Shown here: one piece after another, positions 41,651 to 53,717 of the stretch
Numbering within the stretch: the first letter of the stretch is position 1
How the letters are laid out: the number at the start of each line of letters is the position of its first letter
NCBI RefSeq assembly: GCF_006345805.1
Contig: NC_043010.1
Coordinates: 50,034,001-50,098,000, forward strand
Source: Octopus sinensis
Taxonomy: Eukaryota
DNA: 64,000 bases
Reading direction: 5' to 3'
The notes under the pieces: generated by a model
Database searches by the model: none
What the model saw: only the letters and a program-made list of their open reading frames with translations
Told to the model about the DNA's origin: nothing
Program-made: the position numbers and the translations under genes

Positions 41651-44600
41651 CTTGCTTCTCATAATAATTGCTTTTCATTTTCCCAAAACTGCTATTACTT
41701 GGAAGAGTATTTCATATTTACTTTATGCTATTTACAACAACTTTTTTTTTAGGAGACTCTCTTCCTCAATTTGACCTCTCAATGCTGCCAATAGCCATTT
41801 CCTCTCCTCTTTTCTGGAGAAGGGTTTATACTTGCTCTTTGCTACCACCACCAATAATCGCAGCTTTTGTAAAGAAGGTTTCTTATATTGGCTCAGAACT
41901 ACTAACAAATAGCTACTATTTATATTAGAGGGCTCATATTTTCCCCCCTCAATGCAGCTACCATTAAGGTTCTTTGTCCCTTCCTGGTCAAATGGGTCCT
42001 TCAGGTCTGCTTATGCTTCTTAATTACTTTATTCAATGCCTTTATTTCTTTTTCTTTTTTTTTCTTTATACCATTTGAGGGTAAAATGACTTTTTGTTGG
42101 CAAAATGTATTTTTTAAATTAAAAAAAAAAAAAAAAAAATCCCCTTAACAGCATTGTTTTGTAAGTATAAAAAAAAATCAGTTGTGAAGTAGATCTTATG
42201 TTTAAGTGTCTACTTCATGTTGTACCTTATTTTTAACTTTTCATAAATATGTATATATACATTTATGATAAAATGCTAGTTTTTTTTTTTGTTTTTTTTT
42301 TTGTTTTACAAATAACTATTCCATAGCTAATGTTTTGTTTTTATTGAATGACCAAATATATCAGAATGATTTTTCTCTTAAAATCATTCTTCTGCAAAAT
42401 TGTTTGATGAAAAGTATCCTTAATGTGAAACAAACTTTGATGTGGAGGTGGATATTTCACTGGACTAAAACCCATTAAGCTTTTGTTTTTTTTCATAAAT
42501 TCAACTTGTGAATCTGGGTTAGACCAGCTCTTTTAACTTCTAAAATAATACCAGTAATATATGACTATATATATCCTGTCTTTATCTGTCAGATATATTC
42601 TGTCTTTATCATCATCATACATCCACTTTCCATGCTGGCATGGGTTGGACGGTTTGACTGAAAACTGGTAAGCCGGGGAGCTGCATCAGGTTCTGATCTG
42701 ATTTGGCAAGGTTTCTATGGCTGAATGCCCTTCCTAATGCCAACCACTCCGAGAGTGTAATGAGTTTTTTATGTGCCACTGGCACAGGTGCCATTGACCT
42801 GACATTGGCTACAACTACGGTCTCACTTGGTTTGACTGGTCTATACAGCACAGTATATTACCAAAAGCCTCACTCACCTGTCACTGCCTCCATGAGGCCC
42901 AATGCTCGAACAGTTCTTTTTACATGCCACCTGCACAGGTGCCAGTCAAATGACACTGGCGTTGGCGATGACTACGATTTCTGTCAAATATATTCTATAA
43001 GGTCAGCTTATAAAACCTAGCATATGAAAAGAGCTTTCAGTAATAAGTAAGCAACATTAACCAGACAAAAGTCTAATGGAGTACAGAGCACATTATTTAG
43101 TATCAATTCAGCTGCAGAAATCAATGGAAATCCATCTAAATTTGTATGTATAACTTCCTTCAAGGCAAACACCAGATTTTTTTTTTTTGTAAGGTTTACT
43201 CTTGGCATTTCATTCTCTTATGATACAACAAACCAATAAAACCATAGTTCAGAGATCTTAATCGGCATTATGGAATATATACACATTTGGAATCTTGCAT
43301 TCTACAGTTTGTCATTTATCAAGTTCACAGTTGATGCTAGTCATCATAATCAAAACAATGGACTTTTGTGGAGAAGTTATGTAATTAGTAGAGAAAGATG
43401 TATGTAGATTTGACAATAACTTATAACAATTTTTTCTCAGGAGGGTCATTATGCCAATAAACACACACACACTGGTTCTATTTCACTTTTTTTTTCACTT
43501 CTAATTAACTAATTGATTGTTTGATTAACCAAATGATTGATCAAACAACTGATTAGTTAATTGGTTAAATGCTTAACCAGTTGACAATTAAAACTTAAAG
43601 AAGTGAAATCAAAGCAGTGAGTGTATTATTGGCATTATGACCCTCTCAAGTTACAACAAAATATAGCATTACACAGAATCCTGTAAACCAAATACAAAAA
43701 TGAAATTATAACAAATTATCATATTAAGATGTATTTCTGCAAAATTTTTCTTCTTTAATTTGGAATTCTGTGTTGTAACTAAATATATTCATTCTGTAAA
43801 GAAAATAATAATAAATCACTTTTTTTTTTTTTTTTTACTAATATGTCCTTCAAATTTATACACTCTGTTAGTTGTGTTGAAATACTATCTTAAGAATTAC
43901 ATTTGTTCTTTGTTTCAAGTTATTCTTTGTTGTTTTTGAACAAATTTTGACTTTTTAAAAAATATTTTGTAGGTGGATGCTGCTTTGGGTGCAGAAGAAA
44001 TGCTTACAACACTCACAGAGAAGAATCTAAAACTGGAAGAAGTAATTGAGCAAATGGAAGAAGAAAAAGCTGATTTGGTAAATTTATCATACTTCTTTGT
44101 AATGTTTGTTTTAAATAGTCTAAATTTAGAAGATTTTTAACTCTTTTTTTAAAAAAATTTTTATCTGCCTTAAAAGTGAATATTGAGAGATTTCCAGGCT
44201 AAAATAGAATCTTTGATTTCTGGAACATGTTCTTCATGAAGTGATAGATTGCCTGAGTTTTATAGTTAGTGTTACTGATCTACAGTAGTTATTAGTTTAT
44301 CTACCAAGTTGTGACACTAAGCTGAGCTGCGTCTTCATGACACAAGCACTTGACTATAATTTTTTCATGTTGAGTATTGATTTGGAATAATTTTTAGTCA
44401 TATTTCTAGTTTATTATTATTCATGATGATTGTTTCGACACATCTAGCGTTGATTCCTCATGGGTGGGACACACAACAACTGGTTCAGGAGCATCCGGCA
44501 GTGCAGATGTATATTGTCAGGTGATAAATAAAAGTAACCCGTTGAAATAACAGTTCCACAATGTAACTTCCCATTTTGTAGAAAGAAAAGCAGCCAGACA

Positions 44601-47600
44601 GAGGAGATATCTTCATTTATATAGAAGATCAAAAATAAAATCACAGAGGGCGAAAAGAGAAACAAACATGCAATCCAGTGAGAAAAGTATTAATCAAAGT
44701 GTACAGTATTATATATCCATTATGGCTGATCTTACTATTCAGTTTCACACCAGGAATTTAACAGTGTTAGGTAACAGTCCAATTATGTAACCCTACACTC
44801 ATCAGAGGTAGCTGTTTGCATATGCATAAGTGCAAGGATAATTTGTGTTTGTGTGCGTAAAAGTGTGATTGTAGTGGAAATGTCTGCTTCAGCACATTTC
44901 TGTTAACTAGAATATCAAGTCCATATGATTCATGCAAGTCTATTCCAGTCCACTCAATTTTTTTCCCTATGTAGGTGGCTGCATTTACCTATGGATATTT
45001 GCTGAATGAATGCCTGCTACATAGAATGTGTGAATATCATGAAGTTGTATATGATCAGTTAATCAGGATTCTAATAAATATATTTGTAGCAGTTGTTTAG
45101 AAATGAGACAGCAATGTTTTTAAGATGCAACTTATATTTTTGGTGTAAGTTTTTAATACATAAAATATAAACATTCCAGGGAAAATTGTTAAGTTGATTG
45201 TACTTTTTTTGTTTTTAATTTGAAAAACAACGAAAATCATTTATATTTTAATTTAGGAAACCTTACACGAAATGAATGAAGAACTACAAGAAAATGCTCG
45301 AGAAACTGAACTGGAATTGCGTGAAGAATTGGACCTCACAAATGCACGCCTGCTTGAGGTTGGTTCTTTATAAATTATCTGTCTTTTATTTTTCTTTGCA
45401 TTTTTTACATGGATTGTAGATGATTACATTAGTGTATAGATTTTGTTGTTCTTGGTTTAAAAAAAGAAATAGAAATTTCTGGAGAAGGTAGTTTGTTAAA
45501 ACTCTTTAGCATTCAGATTACTATGTCAAATGTAATGCTTATTTATTCACATTAATTTGAATGAATCATTCATTATCTTATCATCATCATCGCTTAATGT
45601 CTGCTTTCCATGCTGGCATGGGTTGGACGGTTTGACTGAGGACTGGTGAGCCAGAGGCTGCATCAAGCTCAATCTGATCTGGCAAAGTTTCTACAGCTGG
45701 ATGTCCTTCCTAATGCCAACCACTCCCAGAGTGTTGTAGGTGCTTTTACCTGCCACCAGCATGAGGGCCAGTCAGGCGGTTCCGGTAATGACCACATTGA
45801 AAAGGTGTTTTTTATGTGCTACCTGCACTTGTAGCTTCGAAATTTTGATGTGATTATTTTTAAAATGGCATTGTAGAGTAGGTGTGAGAAACCTGATATG
45901 GAGAGTTTGTACATGAAACATGGAAAATATCTGAGCTTGATACAGTTGGTTTAAATGCTAAAGGTTTAAGGAAAAACTACGCAAGTGAATATTTAAGTAG
46001 CCATATAGGAAGGTGAAAGATGAGAGAGATATATATTCATCAAGTACATTGGCTTGTTTCTTAAATTATAACATGGAAGGTGTTGCCAACAACCAGGTAA
46101 TTATAGATTAATGGTATTTAGTTAGCCTGTTTTGTGCTTTAGGGTTAAAGTCCTGAGCTACTGACCACTAGGTTGTTTGCTACAACTGTTGTTTGCTACA
46201 ACTGTTGCAATCAGTTCTTGGTCAAGGAACATTCCTCTGCTTCATTTGCAATTTCACAGTTGAATGCTTGCTTGATGAGGCTGGGGTAATCTAATGTAAG
46301 CGTTTGTTTTAATTCAAATCAAAATATTCAAAATTTTCTCTATCATTTAACTTTTCTTATGGAAAACACTTATGGAATTTTAACTAAAAGGTACAGAGGT
46401 AAGCTGGTTTAACCCTTCAGCATTCTGTTTACTCTGTCATCTGTAATGCTTGCTTATTCACATTGTTTTGAATTAATCTTGTAGGGTTGGTGTAAAAGGC
46501 CAGATCTGGATGGTTGATAGATAGAATTACTTATTCAAACAATGTATGAAAGTAAAAATGTATCGCCTTGACAAAAAAAAAAACAAAAACAACCATTATT
46601 ATGATCTCTTGCATAGATATAAAAATCTTTCATTTATTAACAGGGCGTGGGGTAATTGTGACATTTATGTATTTCCTTCAAACATTGAGGACATAAAAGA
46701 ATTTTTCTGAGTCAATGAATGAAGTTGTTTCATGCAAATTCTAAAATTAAAGTAATAAGAGGCGTGTCTTTTTTTTTATTTATTTAGAACAATGATTAAA
46801 TGTTAATGTATTTGTTGATTTTTACCTTTACTTTTTTGTTCTTACTTGTTGTTTTTTTATTTACAGAGCAAGCGAAAAATTGAAGCTGCTTGGGAAAGCA
46901 TGGCTGACTATGATCAAACTATCTCTAAATTCCGAGATTTGGTCAGTCAACTTCAGGTATGAGGAAAACATAGCATGTCTCATTGTACTTTTATATAGTA
47001 TTTAACTTTTCTGTTATTGCTATTGCTAAAAGCAATAATAGCTGGTAGAATCTTTCCGAGTTCAAATGACATTGAAGTCAGTTTTGCCTTTCATCCTTTC
47101 AGGAAAGTACAAGTACTAAGGTTGACATAACCGGCTGTCTTCCTGCCCTTAAATTTGCTAGCCTTGTCCCAAAATTTGACACATTGTTGTTGTCATTATG
47201 GCGATGAGCTGCCTGAATTGTTAGCAAGCTAGGTAAAATGCTTGATGGTATTTTGCCTGTTGCTACATTCTGAGTTCAAATTCTACCAAGGTTGACTTTA
47301 CTTTTCATCCTTTCAGGGTCGATAAATTAAGTACCAGTGAAGCACTGGGGTTGATGTACTCAACTTATCCCCTCTCCCAAAATGGCCGGCCTTGTGGCAA
47401 AATTTGAAACCATTATTATTATTATTGTTATTATTATTATCAGTACTGCTGCTACTGGAGTTATAGCAATTATAAAACATCAGACTAAATGACTTTGACA
47501 TTTGCTTTTGTTGTCTACATACTGCTTTTAAATCCAGCCAAGATTAACTTTATATTATTGCTCTGGGGTTTGAAGGAATAAGTATTATTCATTTATTGTT

Positions 47601-48226
47601 GTTAATCTAATCAGTGATATTTATTCCCAACTTTGTGTCTATCTAAGAAATCATTTCTATTTGAGAAAAAAATAAAAGCATCAATTTTTGGGAAGCTTTT
47701 GTTTCAAAGTCTTTCGAGATTACTGATTTTTTCCAAATTAGGAGTGGTCACTTTGGCCAACAAATTCTAAATTAAATATTAAATTTATTCAAATAATCAA
47801 ATGAAATACAAATACCTGTACCTCACTATGGATTATAGAAGGCTTCAAACCATCAGTGTGAAGAAAGTTAGTGTTGTATCTGTATTACTTTAATTTTTCT
47901 GGGTTTTTTTCTCGTATAAAGTAGGAATCTCTTGTTTAAATAAATGAAAGAAAAGTGGTAATATAAACAAAATTTTTGATCCTTTAAACTGCAGTTCGCA
48001 AACATGGTATTTGATTCCTCTTTTTCTTTTTTTTTTGTTTTAGGATGACAACAAAGAACTTCGTAGCAAACAAGCAGAAGCTGAGCAAAAGCAAGACACC
48101 CCTCCTTTGGAAGTATTTGACTTTAAAACCAAATTTGCTGAAAGCAAGGCATATGCTAAGGTCAGGAAATTATCAGTTCTTTGTATTTATATATCTTCCT
48201 TGATTAAATACATTAACTTCTCTTTT

Positions 48227-48259
<33 letters not shown>

Positions 48260-51200
48260 GCATCGACTGGCCTCCGTGCTGAGGGCACGTAACAAACACC
48301 ATCCGAGCGTGGCCGTTCGCCAGCCTCGTCTGGCACCTGTGTCGGTGGCACATAAAAACACCATCCGAGCGTGGCTGTCTGCCAGCCTCGTCTGGCACCT
48401 GTGTCGGTGGCACATAAAAACACCATCCGAGCGTGGCCATCTGCCAGCCTCGCCTGGCACCTGTGTCGGTGGCACATAAAATCACCCACTACATTCTCGG
48501 AGTGGTTGGCGTTAGGAAGGGCATCCAGCTGTAGAAACACTGCCAGATCTGACTGGCCTGGTGCAGCCTTCGAGCTTGCCAGACCCCAGTTGAACCGTCC
48601 AACCCATGCTAGCATGGAAAGCGGACGTTAAACGATGATGATGATGATATATATATATATATATATATGTATGTATAGATTCAGATGAATATGGTACTTA
48701 AGTTGAGGCACCAGAATTTAGTATGGTATTATCCATACAATTTAAAAGTAAGGTGATTAAAATCAAAATAAGCAACAAGGATAACCAGAGGTAATGCAGT
48801 ACGATCGTTTCATGCGACTCCATTTAATTGAACCTTGCAATCATTTCATTACATCAATTTAAAATGTAGAGCAATCTTCAGCTTCAGCTGCACAAAGACA
48901 TAGAATTTAATTAAATTAGAAGGACACATTAATATAATTTTACCCAAAATCTCCAAGGGGATAAGGAGATAGACAAAGAACATGTTTTATCAACAACATC
49001 ACAGTTATATATATATATTTCTTTGTACCACTTTATATCTCTCTCTGCATTTTGCTTGCTTTCTTCTTCCTTCTCAAAATCCTTACAGAATGGTGTGCCA
49101 TCTGTCGAACTTCAGCTTTTAGCTCCCTTCAACTAATGCAATAAAGTGTTCCTTGATCTGATGTTGTTAGGCATCCGATTATTCTTGGAACATCCACTGC
49201 AGAGTTGCAAACAACCACAATGGTGAAATGTATGTAGGAACAAATGGTATAGACTTGTGTTTATAGTAATTTGTCCTTTATGTATAATAATGTGTGCACA
49301 GATACACACATACACACACACACACACGCATATACACATACATATATATATATATATATGTGCGTGTGTGATGAAAGCCTTGTGGTTAAATTTGGTAGAT
49401 GAAAACTAAAAGTAACTTGTTGTATATGTGTGTGTTTTAGTATGTATGTACATGCAGATTTGTGCTTGTCTTTTTTTTCTTACTTTGTAAACAAGCATTA
49501 CCATCATACAGTGCCATTCATTTCCATCTTATCTGTAAAAACCTATCTGGCCTCAACAAATTGTGTCTGACAGTAGGCATTGAAACTATGATGATGATGG
49601 CATCAAATTGCCAAAGCAGTAGAATGCCTTAAAATATTTTTTCTGGTTTTCTGTGCCCATAGCACTGAGTTCAGACCCTGTTTAAATCAATTTTACCTTT
49701 CATTCTTCTGGAGCTGATAAAGTACCAGTTCAGGGTGATTGAATGTTTATGTCAAATAGATCACTTTAGAACAGAGGTTTCCAAAGTGGGCAGTATTTCC
49801 TCTCTGGGGACAGTGGATCGATCCAGCATGGAAGACATTAAAGAAAAGTGGGGCAGTAATGGGGGGTGGCCAAAAAGGGGTGGTAAATGTAAAACCCCCC
49901 AGCATAATGGGTTAATTAGGTTAAGTTTTATTTGTGAAATACAGTTGTTTTGAATTTGTTTCAGAGAGTGGTTGATGTTTGTGGTGGTGAGAGAAGGGCG
50001 GGGGTGCTAGGAATGTCGCCTGAGTGTCAAAAGGACGACAGCCTGTAAAAGTTCGGGAATCACTGTTTTAGAGCATAAGAAATTTGCATCACAAGATGAA
50101 GGGTGGTCATGGATGGGTTGGTATCAGAAGAGTCAAAGGAGGGCTAAGTATGACTCTCCCACTCTTCACATGTTTTAAATGATTATTCCGGAGCATATAC
50201 ACCATCTACTCCAATTACTGCTTCCCATTTGCTTGGCAGACGGTCAGACCGTCGTTTAAAGATGTTTTTGTTAAAAATTGTTATTGCTTTTGTTGAATAA
50301 AATTTGTTGGAAAAAAGCCGCAGTAATTATGCACCAACCCAATAGTTTTATATTGCTGTGTGATTGTAAAAATAGTCAAACAGCAATATACAATGTTAAC
50401 ACTGTTACCCATGCTAATTCTACTTAAAATAAAAACCAGAGTTCAAAGAAATTCATTTATCCAAATTTGCAAGCTGTACTTATTCTGCACTTTCTCTTCC
50501 TTTCGCATTGTTAACCACCTGGTTTATTTATAACTAGTAAATATATATATATATATATATATATATTGATAGAAATAGTAAGACAACAAAAGAATGAAGG
50601 AGACCTCGATATTATGTAAATAGAGGAATTTATCTGTAAATGTAATATGTGACAATTATTCGGTAGACATTATAAAACTCCAAGTTTCGGATGTCGGGAT
50701 GGAAATCCACGCCACCATCTCTTCAGTTATCCAGCCATCGGAAAAAAGAAACTTGGAGTTTTATCATGGCTACCGAATAATTGTCACATATTACATTTAC
50801 ACACACACACACACACACATATATATACCCATGTTTTGAGTTCTATTTTTCCTTGTCAATTAACTTACTAATCTTGTTTTTGATTTGACAGACTATAGAT
50901 ATGGAACTGAGGAAGCTTGATGTTGCACAAGCTAATGTCCATGTCTCCTTGCTACAATCATTCATGCCAGACACATTCTTGAAAACAGGTGAGCAATATT
51001 TTATTATTACCAGCATCGATTGTAAATGTGGTAGAAATATCTGAGATAGTAAAGTAAAGTGAGACTACAGAAACCCTTTGATATTTTGTTTGGAGACTCA
51101 CTATTTCTAACAAAGTTCTACTATAATTGTCTTTCATCCTATTGAGATTGATAATATAAGTAGCAGTAATACAGAGAGGTTCATTCAACCAACAACATCT

Positions 51201-53685
51201 CTTCAATACAATCTTTGTCTTGATACTTATTGTGACCTCCTTCGGTCATGAATGACCATGGAATTGCACCTAGAAAGTTACCCTCCAAGGCACAAGTCTG
51301 GGCAAGGTTGTTTATGGAAGACCAGCAGTCGCCCACGCATACCAGCCTCCCCTCTCCATGCCACCAATGTTATCCAAGGTAAAGGCAAAGGCCGATACAG
51401 CTTGGCACCAGTGACGTCACAGCTCATTTATTAACATGCTAGTGGCTGAGCACTCCACAGACAGGTGTATCCTTTATGTAGTTCTCGGGGAGATTCAGCG
51501 TGACACAGTGTACCGAACAAGCAAATCTGTGGTATTGAGCAGATTATTTGCTATAATGGTAATTCTGCTTCAGCAAATCAGTGCTGAATCTGTGTGAAAT
51601 GTAATGGAAAATAGGTCAGTTTCAAAACATTGATGTCCAGGTGACAAAAGCAAAGTTTGAAGGGAACAGTAGTCATTTCCTTTGATAACTAAATAGGAAA
51701 TAGCACTTACTAACCAAAGAGGAAAATACTGACCAAAGACAAAAAAAATAAAAGTGTAATAGATGTCTGAGAATGTTGCTATTGCTAGTTCAAAATTATC
51801 ATCCGGTAGGGATAATGAAGATAAATTCAAATATTTTGTACTGTTTCTTCTATAGGTGACAGTGATGCTATCCTCGCTGTATTACTAGTACCACGAGCAA
51901 TCAGTAAAGCTGAGCTGTTGATCAGCCATGTCCGAGACAAGGTTTGTATTTTTCTTTCACCACAACATATTTGAAAAGTTGAATGTTAGTAGTGATAGGC
52001 AGAATCGATATAGTGCAAATCAGATTTGCCATCCGTCTTTCTAGGGGTCATTAAAATAAATGCTAACCAAAAACTGGGATTACATCAACCCCAGTACTCA
52101 TTTGGTACCTATTTTATTGATCCAAAAGGATGAAAAGCAAAGTCAACCTTTGTGGAATTTGAAGTCAGAATTTAGACATGAAATGCTGCCAACAATTCTA
52201 TTTGCTTGCCACCTTTTTCATAATAATAAAATAATAATAATGAAATTATTGTATACAGTGCTCAGGTGCACCACAACTTGTCAAAAGTGCGTATAAAGCA
52301 TATGCAGTAATGTACAAATGTCTGGAAAGTGAACAGTGTATGAGTCAGATACATGCTTGTGTGTGTATGGAGGGGAGAAAATCAGGTGTAGTGTTGGTGA
52401 ATCTCAGGAAGCATGGAAGTTTTGAAGGATGCAATGCTCTGACAACTAACAACTGATGCCAGCAGTTTGTTCCATATTTCAGCAACTCTTAGCATGAAAA
52501 AATGTTTCCGAAAGTCATGGGAGCTGTGCTGTTTTCTTACTTTGTAAACGTGTCCACGGGTGTTAGACAAGCGGAGTTTGAAAAAGTACTCAGTTATTGT
52601 TAGTAAGATGGTTAATAATTTTTTTTTTTAATGATGATAATAATTAAAGCATCCATCTGTTTAAAAAACAGTAACTTCAAAAGATGTGTAAGTATAAAAA
52701 AATTACAGAAACATGCTGACTGAGAACAACTGATGTGAATTGAAACCATAATCTCACAGTTGTGGGTGCGACACCCTAACCACTAGGAAAAAATTCTAGT
52801 ATGGTAAAATGGGATGTAAAATGCATATATAAATTCAGTATTAGCATAATTTGTTGTATAGGTATTTTTTGTGTCTGAAATATTTTCTAAATTTAGTAAT
52901 TTTTTACTTTGCAGTTTGATGTCACAGATACCATTATTCGAGACGATGTGTTCAAAACCCATCGTGGGGCTCAAGTGAGCTATGCAAATAGTCTGATCAT
53001 GCTACTTAATATCCTGATTGGAGTTCTCCACCAATTTGAGAGGTAAGCTATATTTATAATTTGGATGGCACCTTGGGCAAGTGCCTTGTATGTTTGCCTA
53101 AGGCCAACCAAAGCCTTGTGAGTGGATTAGCTAGATGGAAACCTGAAGAAGCCCATCCTCTGCGCGCGCGAGTGTGTATGTGTGTGTGCATGCACACATG
53201 TGTGTATGTATGCATACATGTATGTGCACATGCATACATCTCCTTGTCTTGATGTCATGTGATAAATTTAAATGACCATATCGTTCATTTCCATTCTTCC
53301 ATAAAAAACATGTCTAGCCATGGGGAGAAGTATTACCTTGCTTGAAAATGAGCAAGGGTTGATGACAGAAAGAGCATCCATCCATCAAAAATCTGCCTCA
53401 ACAAGTTCCGTCTGATCTATGCAACCATGGAAAATTGAACTTTAAACTGATGGTGATAGCTACATATTCTAACAGTTTCTTTTTTTTTTTTGTGCCCCAA
53501 GGCGCATCATTTTTTAAATTTTAGTTTGCCTAGATGATGACAGATTCCACTGCTATCTCTCCTTAGTTGATTGCTTAGCAAAAACATCTAGACTTTAAAA
53601 ACAAGTTTTCTGACACAAACCATCACTCTGAAGCTAGGATGGAAAAATAAAAATGAATCCAAAGTGATTGAAAAATACAAAGTTT

Positions 53686-53717
<32 letters not shown>

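Noticed and set aside
48173-48631. Overlapping repetitive ORFs / CRISPR-like appearance
   Set aside because: 62-bp units are contiguous with no unique spacers, inside a eukaryotic retroposon.
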